The translations under genes and the position numbers were made by a program. A stretch of 63,428 bases of DNA, filler included, from Octopus bimaculoides (lineage: Eukaryota): the NCBI RefSeq assembly GCF_001194135.2. It is 6 parts of 6 records of this genome, joined end to end, with 100 filler letters (N's around TTAATTAATTAA, not from the genome) between each part and the next. Parts side by side here need not be neighbours in the genome. Positions count along the whole stretch, not along the records: positions 39,005 to 50,139 come from NC_068984.1; positions 50,240 to 52,399 come from NC_069007.1; positions 52,500 to 60,331 come from NC_068987.1; 3 more parts are not named here. One strand, 5' to 3'. Of this stretch, positions 42,485-52,819 are shown one piece after another. The first letter of the stretch is position 1, and every line of letters begins with the position of its first letter. Below the pieces are notes generated by a model. That model worked only from the letters and a program-made list of their open reading frames with translations, was not told where the DNA came from and did no database searches.

Positions 42485-44665
42485 ACAAATCCGTGTTATG
42501 GGTGCGGAGGCTTATATTTTAAAAAATCTAAAATATTTTTGAATGTGGAAAAATCTAACACAAAAGCTCACATTGTAGAACGAAACAAAAGAAAAAAATA
42601 GGTTGAACCAAAAATTTGTCAGCAAAAATTTTAAACGAGGCTCAGAAAAGAAAATTTGTTTCCATAAAAATGAATAATGTGAATATCAAGTTAAAATTGG
42701 ACAGTGATGTCACGATAATTACAATTGGGTAGTGATATCACGATAATTAACATGGAGAAAAATCGGGAAACCGAGATTAAAAGAATCTTCGAAAATTGCA
42801 TGTGGTGTTTCAGGAAAAAAAATTACATTTTAAGGGTGAAATGATAAGTGATGTTACATTTCGTGGGAAAACTTTGAAAACCAAAGCTTTTATGCTGAAT
42901 AATAAGACCGATTTATTTGGAACAGATGGGATAGAATTATTCAACTGATGAGACCTCATCATAATTTGTTTTTTTTTTTTTTGTAAGAATGTGAATGGTT
43001 CTTCCGCCAGTACAAATAAGGCGTTGGAGGAATTAAAAAAAAAAAAAGAAATTAAAAAAGATTTTTCCTGGAGTTCTTTTTCTGATGAATTAGGTCTTTG
43101 CACCAAAATAAAAGCGGAGTTTCAAGTAAAAGCAAGTGCTATACCGGTATTTAAACCGAAAGGAACCGTACTTTTCGCAGGGTTGAAACAAGTCAACGAA
43201 GANNNNNNNNNNNNNNNNNNNNNNNNNNNNNNNNNNNNNNNNNNNNNNNNNNNNNNNNNNNNNNNNNNNNNNNNNNNNNNNNNNNNNNNNNNNNNNNNNN
43301 NNNNNNNNNNNNNNNNNNNNNNNNNNNNNNNNNNNNNNNNNNNNNNNNNNNNNNNNNNNNNNNNNNNNNNNNNNNNNNNNNNNNNNNNNNNNNNNNNNNN
43401 NNNNNNNNNNNNNNNNNNNNNNNNNNNNNNNNNNNNNNNNNNNNNNNNNNNNNNNNNNNNNNNNNNNNNNNNNNNNNNNNNNNNNNNNNNNNNNNNNNNN
43501 NNNNNNNNNNNNNNNNNNNNNNNNNNNNNNNNNNNNNNNNNNNNNNNNNNNNNNNNNNNNNNNNNNNNNNNNNNNNNNNNNNNNNNNNNNNNNNNNNNNN
43601 NNNNNNNNNNNNNNNNNNNNNNNNNNNNNNNNNNNNNNNNNNNNNNNNNNNNNNNNNNNNNNNNNNNNNNNNNNNNNNNNNNNNNNNNNNNNNNNNNGGG
43701 ACGTAAACACACCAGCACCAGTTGTCAAGCGATGTTGGGGGGGGGGGCAAACACAGACACACAAACATATATATATATATATATATATATAGGTTCAAAA
43801 AAACAATAACAAAAAACAACAAAGTGAGGACGTGATATGGATAGTGTTATTGGACGCTCAGGAAAGGAAAGGGGCTTCTTTCAGTTTCCGTCTACCAAAT
43901 CCACTCACAAGGCTTTGGTCAGTGGGACTGAACCCGGAACCATGTGGTTGGTAAGCAAGCTACTTACCACACAGCTACTCCTACGCCTGTCGAAGATTGT
44001 TCAGAATTATTAACGATAAATACCCATAAAGGACTGTATAAATTTAATGGACTTCCTTTTGGTAAAAAGGTATCACCAGGCATTTTCCAACAAGTTATGG
44101 ACACTATGCTCTCAAGTTCGGATTATCTTTATCTTATTTTTGATTTCGTTATAGCCTACCTTGACGATATACTCATAAAAAGTAAATCTCGTTGTCAGCT
44201 TGCTGAGCACATTAAAAAGTTCTTCATAAAAAAAAGAAGGATTATGGTTTTAAGCTCAGCGAGGAAAGGTGCGAACTCTTTCATGTCAAGAATAAAATAT
44301 CTAGGGCAGATGAAAATGGACGCAGACCAGGCCTGTCAGAAGCGTGTGCAATAAAAATATGCCTCCCCCGACAAACATCACAACGTTACAAGCATTTTGG
44401 GGGCTCGCAAATTACTACCAGTCATACCAAATATGCATAATTTAAGAGCATCGCTGAATAACTTGTTAAAAAAAGACGTTAAGTGGAACTGGTCGGACAA
44501 ATACCTAAAAACCTTTTGAAGAAATTAAAAACATCTTAACGTCGGAATTGTCGCTAAGACGTTTTGATCCAAATTTAGAGATAGTCGTAGAATCAAACAC
44601 TAGTGAAAGTGGTATTGCAAAAATATGAAGATGGTTGCTTAAAAGCTGTAGCTCATGGTTCGCGT
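42485..44665 (+). mobile_element. Ty3/Gypsy LTR retrotransposon gag-pol remnant (Zn knuckle, protease, RT, start of RNase H), interrupted by a gap and a SINE
   Basis: PCYGCGG..HKSSHC, LD/GSDVTII protease motif (locally duplicated), FSDELGLCTKIKA..PVFKPK, LTINTHKGLYKFNGLPFG..SPGIFQQVMD, AYLDDILI, YLG, LANYY, FDPNLEIVVESNTSESGI. Confidence 0.9.
43699..43987 (-). mobile_element. SINE family A inserted into the Gypsy RT
   Basis: Matches family A; Gypsy RT resumes at about 43990. Confidence 0.85.
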
Positions 44666-44732
44666 TAGAGAGAGGGAGAGAGATACAGAGACAGAGACAG
44701 AGAGAGAGGAGGAAACTGTCTCTGTTTCTCCC

Positions 44733-44810
<78 letters not shown>

Positions 44811-45752
44811 NNNNNNNNNNNNNNNNNNNNNNNNNNNNNNNNNNNNNNNNNNNNNNNNNNNNNNNNNNNNNNNNNNNNNNNNNNNNNNNNNNNNNNNNNN
44901 NNNNNNNNNNNNNNNNNNNNNNNNNNNNNNNNNNNNNNNNNNNNNNNNNNNNNNNNNNNNNNNNNNNNNNNNNNNNNNNNNNNNNNNNNNNNNNNNNNNN
45001 NNNNNNNNNNNNNNNNNNNNNNNNNNNNNNNNNNNNNNNNNNNNNNNNNNNNNNNNNNNNNNNNNNNNNNNNNNNNNNNNNNNNNNNNNNNNNNNNNNNN
45101 NNNNNNNNNNNNNNNNNNNNNNNNNNNNNNNNNNNNNNNNNNNNNNNNNNNNNNNNNNNNNNNNNNNNNNNNNNNNNNNNNNNNNNNNNNNNNNNNNNNN
45201 NNNNNNNNNNNNNNNNNNNNNNNNNNNNNNNNNNNNNNNNNNNNNNNNNNNNNNNNNNNNNNNNNNNNNNNNNNNNNNNNNNNNNNNNNNNNNNNNNNNN
45301 NNNNNNNNNNNNNNNNNNNNNNNNNNNNNNNNNNNNNNNNNNNNNNNNNNNNNNNNNNNNNNNNNNNNNNNNNNNNNNNNNNNNNNNNNNNNNNNNNNNN
45401 NNNNNNNNNNNNNNNNNNNNNNNNNNNNNNNNNNNNNNNNNNNNNNNNNNNNNNNNNNNNNNNNNNNNNNNNNNNNNNNNNNNNNNNNNNNTATATATAT
45501 ATATATATATATATTTTTAAATAATGTTGACCACTAACGTGGACAATTAATGTGCTAGAAATAGATCACATCTTGTGTCTATTAAGACCTAAATTGTTCT
45601 CAACATGAAATATAGCAGCATACCAAAACGTAAGCGGGCAAGACATTTAAAATCACCTAAAAAAAAAAACACTATTAAACAGGTACCGGTTTCGGATTTA
45701 ACGAATCGTTCTTCACTCGTTTATTATTGTTCTTATTTTATCTTATGTCTAC

Positions 45753-45798
45753 TGTCCGGAAATCTTTCGTCACACATCTGTGACCTCTTCAGCGACAT
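45753..45798 (-). ncRNA. Minimal type I hammerhead ribozyme-like motif
   Basis: TGTCG-CTGAAGA-G-GTCACA(gatg)TGTGAC-GAAA-GATTT-C-CGGACA: intact cores, perfect 6-bp stem II, near-palindromic stem III. Confidence 0.6.
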
Positions 45799-46274
45799 TT
45801 TCTGTCCTCGTGTACCTTCGTGCTCCGCTTATTCCATTCTGTCCTTCTGTGACGTGTATCCTTACCTGTGCCTGCGTTTTCATCTGTGTCTCTGTGTGTG
45901 CGCATGTGTGTGTGTATGTGTGTGTGTATGTGTGTGTGTATGTGCGTACGTGTTTCGCGTACGTGCTTATATGTGTATATATGGGCTTACCACTACGCTG
46001 TTTATACCCGTGCCCTTTATCGTTATCTTTGTCGTTCTTAGTGGTACTTTGACCCTCCCCTCACGTTTTCTCTTCTGCTGCTGCTGCTGTTGTTCTAGAC
46101 CCTCACTTTTCATATTGTTCTTGTATTTTTTTGTGTTTGTGAGTTCGTTCATGTAATTTTTGTCGTCGTTATGGTTGTTGTTTATGCTATTGTTATTATT
46201 ACGGCCGTTTGTGAAGTTGGTGTATGTGTGTTTGTGTGTATATTTGGGTTTGCTTACTATGTTGTTTGTAACGT

Positions 46275-46598
46275 GAAGGCGCGTGGCTTAGTGGTTTGGG
46301 CATTCGACTCACGATTGTAAGGTCGTTAATTCAATTCCCGGCGACGCGTTGTATCCTTGAGCAAGACACTTTATTTCACGTTACTCCACTCCACTCAGTT
46401 GGCAAAAATGAGTAGTACCTGTATTTCAAAGGGCCAGCCCTCTTACACTCTGTGTCACGCTGAATCTCCCTGAGAACTACGTTAAGTGTGCACGTGGCTG
46501 TGGAGTGCTCAGCCACTTGCATATTAATTTCACGAGCAAGCTGTTCCGTTGATCGGATCAGCTGGAACGCTCGTCGTCGTAATCGACGGAGTGCTCCT
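46275..46598 (+). mobile_element. SINE family C, full length, inserted in the PLE 3' UTR
   Basis: GGCGCGTGGCTTAGTGG head, TTGAGCAAGACAC domain; matches 15637-15958. Confidence 0.85.
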
Positions 46599-47043
46599 TT
46601 TTTTTTTTATTTCAGTGCCTTTTATATAGTTTTATTTTTTGTTTACTTGTTTATCTCGATTTCTTATATTTTTCATAGGTTTGTGCATATTTATCTCTTG
46701 TGTGTGGTTTAGATTGAACCTGTGTCTTTTTGTCTCCCTTCTGTCTTTAGTCGTTGTGTTGCGTGGTGTGGTGTTGATGGGTGTTATTGCTCTATTCGTG
46801 TTTTCAGTTGAGGTTCGGTCTGTCTATTACTATGTGTGTGGTCTCTGTAATCTAAGTGCTGGGTTAGTTCTATGCGTTGATAATACCTTAACCCCTATAT
46901 TATTAATCGAGTCTCTAAGTTCTGCTTGAGCATGTTGGTAGAACCCTGACGAACCTTTCGACTCTTTGAGCTCCCTTCAATGTTCACCTATTCGCTCTCC
47001 TATGCTGCGTGGCGTCTCTTCAATGTACGTGGTTGTCGTGTTT

Positions 47044-47119
<76 letters not shown>

Positions 47120-47989
47120 NNNNNNNNNNNNNNNNNNNNNNNNNNNNNNNNNNNNNNNNNNNNNNNNNNNNNNNNNNNNNNNNNNNNNNNNNNNNNNNNN
47201 NNNNNNNNNNNNNNNNNNNNNNNNNNNNNNNNNNNNNNNNNNNNNNNNNNNNNNNNNNNNNNNNNNNNNNNNNNNNNNNNNNNNNNNNNNNNNNNNNNNN
47301 NNNNNNNNNNNNNNNNNNNNNNNNNNNNNNNNNNNNNNNNNNNNNNNNNNNNNNNNNNNNNNNNNNNNNNNNNNNNNNNNNNNNNNNNNNNNNNNNNNNN
47401 NNNNNNNNNNNNNNNNNNNNNNNNNNNNNNNNNNNNNNNNNNNNNNNNNNNNNNNNNNNNNNNNNNNNNNNNNNNNNNNNNNNNNNNNNNNNNNNNNNNN
47501 NNNNNNNNNNNNNNNNNNNNNNNNNNNNNNNNNNNNNNNNNNNNNNNNNNNNNNNNNNNNNNNNNNNNNNNNNNNNNNNNNNNNNNNNNNNNNNNNNNNN
47601 NNNNNNNNNNNNNNNNNNNNNNNNNNNNNNNNNNNNNNNNNNNNNNNNNNNNNNNNNNNNNNNNNNNNNNNNNNNNNNNNNNNNNNNNNNNNNNNNNNNN
47701 NNNNNNNNNNNNNNNNNNNNNNNNNNNNNNNNNNNNNNNNNNNNNNNNNNNNNNNNNNNNNNNNNNNNNNNNNNNNNNNNNNNNNNNNNNNNNNNNNNNN
47801 NNNNNNNNNNNNNNNNNNNNNNNNNNNNNNNNNNNNNNNNNNNNNNNNNNNNNNNNNNNNNNNNNNNNNNNNNNNNNNNNNNNNNNNNNNNNNNNNNNNN
47901 NNNNNNNNNNNNNNNNNNNNNNNNNNNNNNNNNNNNNNNNNNNNNNNNNNNNNNNNNNNNNNNNNNNNNNNNNNNNNNNNNNNNNNNNN

Positions 47990-48024
<35 letters not shown>

Positions 48025-48490
48025 AGTTGTAATAACCATACGTAACCATAAGTACCATTCTTTCTTTAACAGACCCACTCTGAAATTATCCTATTCATCT
48101 ACACCAAATATAGAATCTGGTCCAACCACTTTAAACAACTTAAACATACATAATATAATCCCCACCTCAGAGGGTAATGGGCGCGCACCTGAAACGGACG
48201 CAAACACTAATAGGCACACTGATATTAACAACACTAATTATGTTATAACCGCTACAACTAATAATACATGTACTTCAAGTATTAATAGGACTAGTAATAA
48301 TATTATTACTAACACCAACAGCAATATTGCCATTACTGAAAACCGTACTATCATTAACACTCCTACTACAAACGCAACTATTAATAGGCGTAATAGTAAC
48401 GTCACTAATACCACTTCCTCTACCACCGCTAATATTAATGCTACTACTAATGATATGACTACTGCCGCTGCTACTACTACTACTACCACA

Positions 48491-48607
<117 letters not shown>

Positions 48608-48696
48608 TAATTCAAATTACGACAAACGTAAATAAACGAACGAAGTTTGCTTTTAGAAGCGTTGAGATGTCTTGGAAAGTTAAAGAAGTGATTTTA

Positions 48697-48932
48697 AATT
48701 CTCAATCGCAGAATAATGCTAATAATATAGTCTGAACAGGATAAACTACCCCTATTTTGCAGAGAGGAATTTGTAGTGGGTAGTTTAGCTTAATCGGTCA
48801 AAGCATCGTGACATGTAATCACGGGGATGTGAGTTCGTGTCCACAGCTAGCCACCTACACTTTTCTCTGCAAAATAGGGATAGTTTATCCTGTTCAGGCT
48901 ATATTATTAGCATTTTTCTGCGATTGAGAATT
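48697..48932. mobile_element. Foldback element 1: long inverted arms with a tRNA-like apex
   Basis: 48697-48765 versus the reverse complement of 48864-48932 has 3 mismatches in 69 bp; looser pairing continues into the tRNA acceptor stem. Confidence 0.8.
48779..48852 (+). pseudogene. Degenerate tRNA-like sequence (Thr-UGU-like anticodon loop CATGTAA)
   Basis: Box A TAGCTTAATCGG, D stem GCTT/AAGC, anticodon stem CGTGA/TCACG, T loop TTCGTGT, acceptor GGTAGTT/AGCTAGC, TTTT at 48861. Confidence 0.65.
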
Positions 48933-49714
48933 ATAATTATAATTACAACACCGATGCCGATAACGAAAATGACGATATTAATAATAATAATGATAATGGT
49001 AACGCTGGCGTTGATATCGATACTAGAAACGACAGCAATAATAACAACAATATCACGATCGATTCACCAAATACCACCCTAGCGACTACCAGCACGACCT
49101 CATGTCTCTCTCCAGTTAACCATGATAGAACCTATAACTGTAACTTGAGATCTAGGGCAGAATGCCCAATGCAAGCCCAATGCAGAAGATTGAATGTCGT
49201 ATACCGATGCACTGTTCACAACATGGTAAATAACTCCTGTAACTACTACATTTGATCCAGCACCGATTTTAAACAAAAAAGTATTACGCACATTTAAATT
49301 GGTTTAAATATAAGGAGAATAGCAATTTCACAACACTAGACAGCCATATACACCATCTAATTAATACAAAAATACAGTATAAGCTTCCCTAGACTCGGGT
49401 ACCCCATATCAGGGCCAACACTCTTCAGTTGCGGACTTTGCTTAAAAGAAGCTCTCAAAATTCTAGCCACAATTCTCACCACAATTATTTAATAAATGCA
49501 ACTAGGCCTTCACTACGTGTAAGCACAAAATCTTCCGCTCTTTTAAATTCTTTCCTGAATCTAAATGTAAGCTCACCCTCCACGAATAGCACTCACATAC
49601 ACACCCCTATGATCATTAACACATACCCCATTCTATATCTCTATAACTATTATTTCTACATTATGTCTTACCACTCTTGTATCTACCTTAACTCATCACA
49701 CTATACTCATACTC

Positions 49715-49885
49715 TTTACTCTTTTGCTTGTTTCAGTCATTTGACTGCGGCCATGCTGGAGCAAAGCTTTTAGACGAGCAAATCGACCCCAGGGCTTATT
49801 CTTTGTAAGCCTAGTACTTATTCTATTGGACTCTTTTGCCGAACCGCTATGTTACGGGGACGTAAACACACCAGCATCGGTTGTA
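49715..49885 (-). mobile_element. SINE family A, 3' half
   Basis: GTTTCAGTCATTTGACTGCGGCCATGCTGGAGCA.. matches family A. Confidence 0.85.
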
Positions 49886-50388
49886 TGGTCTGACTAAGTG
49901 AAAATGTTTTTTTGTATTCTTCTTTCCCACTTGGAGTGTTTAAATGTAATTTCAATAATATATCCTTCTACTGAAATGAAATTTCAGTAAATTTTCTGTA
50001 TCCTGGTGCAGCTGAAGATTGCTCTGCATTTTACATTTAATGTATTTTGGAATTGTTTGGATAATACCATACTTCTTAATTCTGGTGCCTAAACTTAAGT
50101 ACCATATTCACCTTGAATCTAAATATATATATATATATANNNNNNNNNNNNNNNNNNNNNNNNNNNNNNNNNNNNNNNNNNNNTTAATTAATTAANNNNN
50201 NNNNNNNNNNNNNNNNNNNNNNNNNNNNNNNNNNNNNNNAACGAGAGAGAGAGAGCGATTGAAAGAAAGAACAATTATGTAGAGGTATGGATTTATGGTT
50301 AAGAGTTCAATCCTTCTGCATATTAAAAAAAAACAATAACGAACTTATTGCATGCAGTGTTCAGGTGCACTACAACTCATCGGAAGAA

Positions 50389-50424
50389 GTTGTCAAAGTG
50401 GTGGCAGGCGACAAACACAAAAAG

Positions 50425-50455
<31 letters not shown>

Positions 50456-50778
50456 CATGACAGGCTTCTTTCAGTCTCTGTCGATCGGATCCACTCCCAA
50501 AGCTTTGGTTGGCACAGGGCTATAGTAAAAGACACTTGTGCAAGGTGTCACATAGTATGACTGAACCCACAACCATGCTTGACAACTAGTGTTGGTGTGT
50601 TTATGGCCCCACAACTTAGTGGTTCAGCAAAACAAAACAACAGAAAAAGTACCAGGATTTAAAATAAAAATAAAAAAAAACAAATATGTGGGTCAATTCG
50701 TTCAAAACTAAAACTTCTTCAAGGCAGTGCCCCAGCATGGGCTGTAGTCTAATAACTGAAACAGATAAACGATAAAAC
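50389..50778. mobile_element. SINE family A copy with inverted 5' half
   Basis: 50389-50577 is the minus-strand head half, joined directly to the plus-strand tail half at 50578-50778. Confidence 0.65.
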
Positions 50779-51069
50779 ACACACACACACACACAGCTAT
50801 CATGGGTTGTTCATGTGTATTTGTGTTGTGCCGAAAAACAAAATATGCCATGAAAACCATTTAAGGTAATTTCTAGAGAGAACCAAACTAAGCAGTTTCA
50901 CTGATGTTCCAGTTGATCAGGACCTGCTTACCTCCCCTTCCCAATATGCTGGCAACCACTCCATAAAGAGTACTGGATGCTTTTTATGTGGCACCATAAC
51001 AAGTGCACTTTTCCTGTGGCAACAATAAATTAGTCAATGAGGGGGTCTCTCAATTTATTATTGTGAGGA

Positions 51070-51440
51070 AGACAGGTGCTTGGAGACCAGTGGAATGTGG
51101 TTTGTAATTAGAATATTGAGGATAGCATGGACAATGTGTCTGATGAAGAAGTGATGACCCGGGTTGCAGTAAATAGGAAACTGCTTCATGAGATTAAGGG
51201 TCAAGCAACTGAAACTTTTTTTGGTCAAGCGATTGGAAAAGAGGGCCTGGAGAACCTATTGGTGACCAGAAAGATTGAATGGAAAAAGCAGTAGAGGAAG
51301 AAGGACAATATGGCTGTCACGCTTCATGAACTGGTTGGAAGAAAAAAGGCAGTAAACATTGGGAAGTGGAACTGTTACAGAAAACAAAGAACAGAGAATT
51401 GTGACAAGACATGGTTGCTCATGAGAGATGAGGATTCGAG
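51070..51440 (+). mobile_element. RTE-like LINE C-terminal fragment
   Basis: RCLETSGMWFVIRILRIAWT..VSDEEVMTRV..RKLLHEI..QLK.FG..EGLENLLVT.KIE..SRGRR pattern. Confidence 0.75.
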
Positions 51441-51540
51441 TCTCTACATCTACACAGGAAAGTTAGATGGTTTGAAAAACGAGCTAGTTTTTTTATGGAG
51501 TTTCTCTATATGCCTCCATTGAAGTCTAATGTTGGCTCCG

Positions 51541-51609
51541 TACCGATTAGATAATACAGTCCTGCATTTAAGAGATGAGGAAATACAGAACTGTATTATC
51601 AAATCGGTA
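51541..51609. other. 69-nt imperfect hairpin (29-bp stem, 3 mismatches, 11-nt loop)
   Basis: TACCGATTAGATAATACAGTCCTGCATTT pairs with AAATACAGAACTGTATTATCAAATCGGTA. Confidence 0.75.
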
Positions 51610-51943
51610 TGGTTGCTCATGTCCGACATTCTTGACCATGGCACCTAAAAAAAACAAAAAAACGAAGACAACTTACCTGCAATGGTCATATCAATATTCT
51701 CTGCTTTAACCCTGGAAGTAACAAAAATAGAACACCATTAAAATAAAAACCAAAAACAAAACATGCATGAATACAAATAAACAAAAGTATATAAACACAC
51801 ACACACGTTTGTGTGTGTGTGTGTGTGTATATATATATCTGTAAAAATATGTGACACTTATTTGGTGTCATACTTTTACAGATAAATTCCTCTATTTACA
51901 TAATATCGAGGTCTCTTTCTTTCTTTTGTTGTCCTTTCTATCA

Positions 51944-51978
<35 letters not shown>

Positions 51979-51987
51979 TAGAGATAA

Positions 51988-52176
51988 AAAAGGATAAAGA
52001 GAACAATGGCAAAGTTAGAAATATATTTTATGGATAAAGTCTTACAGCTGTTTCAGGCAAAATCCAATGTATCCCTTCATTGGAGACAGAAATAATAGAG
52101 GAATGGATTATTATAGCTGTAAGACTTTATCCATAAAATATACTGCTAACTTTGCCATTGTTCTCTTTATCCTTTT
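51988..52176. mobile_element. Foldback element 3: 62-bp inverted arms with a hammerhead-like apex
   Basis: 51988-52049 versus the reverse complement of 52115-52176 has 2 mismatches; the minus strand reads GTCT-CCAATGA-AGG..CCT-GAAA-CAGCTGT-A-AGAC. Confidence 0.7.
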
Positions 52177-52326
52177 CTCTCTTTATACATACACACGCTA
52201 ATACACGACCTATGTTATAATCCCCACTCTTGTTTATACAACGAATGGGGCAAAACTAGCCGGTATACAGCACTTACTCGGTATTACCTGTATCTTTGGG
52301 TTTGGTTGGATCCAATACCCTTCTTA

Positions 52327-52363
<37 letters not shown>

Positions 52364-52610
52364 TCATCATTATTTATGGTCTATTTTCCATGCTAGCATN
52401 NNNNNNNNNNNNNNNNNNNNNNNNNNNNNNNNNNNNNNNNNNNTTAATTAATTAANNNNNNNNNNNNNNNNNNNNNNNNNNNNNNNNNNNNNNNNNNNNA
52501 TATATATATATATATATATATATATAATCATCATCATCATCATTTAGTGTCTGTTTTTCATGCTGGCATGGTTTTTACGGCAGGATGCCAACCACTTCAT
52601 AGAGTGTACT

Positions 52611-52745
52611 GGGTGTCTTTCACATGTCACCAGCATGGGTACCTTCAAGGTGTCACCAGCATGAGTGTCTTCAACGTGTCACTGGCACAGGTGACTCTTA
52701 CATGTCACTGGCATGGGTGTTTTCACGTATCACCAACACTGGCGA
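52611..52745. repeat. 26-bp degenerate minisatellite, about 5 units
   Basis: TGTCAC recurs at 52625, 52651, 52677 and 52703. Confidence 0.8.
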
Positions 52746-52788
52746 CAAATATGATTTTGTATAAGGAAATATATAACATATATACATG

Positions 52789-52819
<31 letters not shown>

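Larger units (their letters stand above)
45650..47040 (-). mobile_element. Penelope-like element 3' portion (GIY-YIG C-terminal half, 3' UTR, terminal hammerhead-like motif)
   Basis: TYIEETPRSIGERIGEH*RELK..SGFYQHAQ..GVKVLST..LRL..IDRPNLN at 46800-47040; hammerhead-like motif downstream on the same strand. Confidence 0.75.

Noticed and set aside
52611-52745. CRISPR-like regularly spaced repeats
   Set aside because: Contiguous degenerate tandem units without unique spacers, eukaryotic context, no cas genes.
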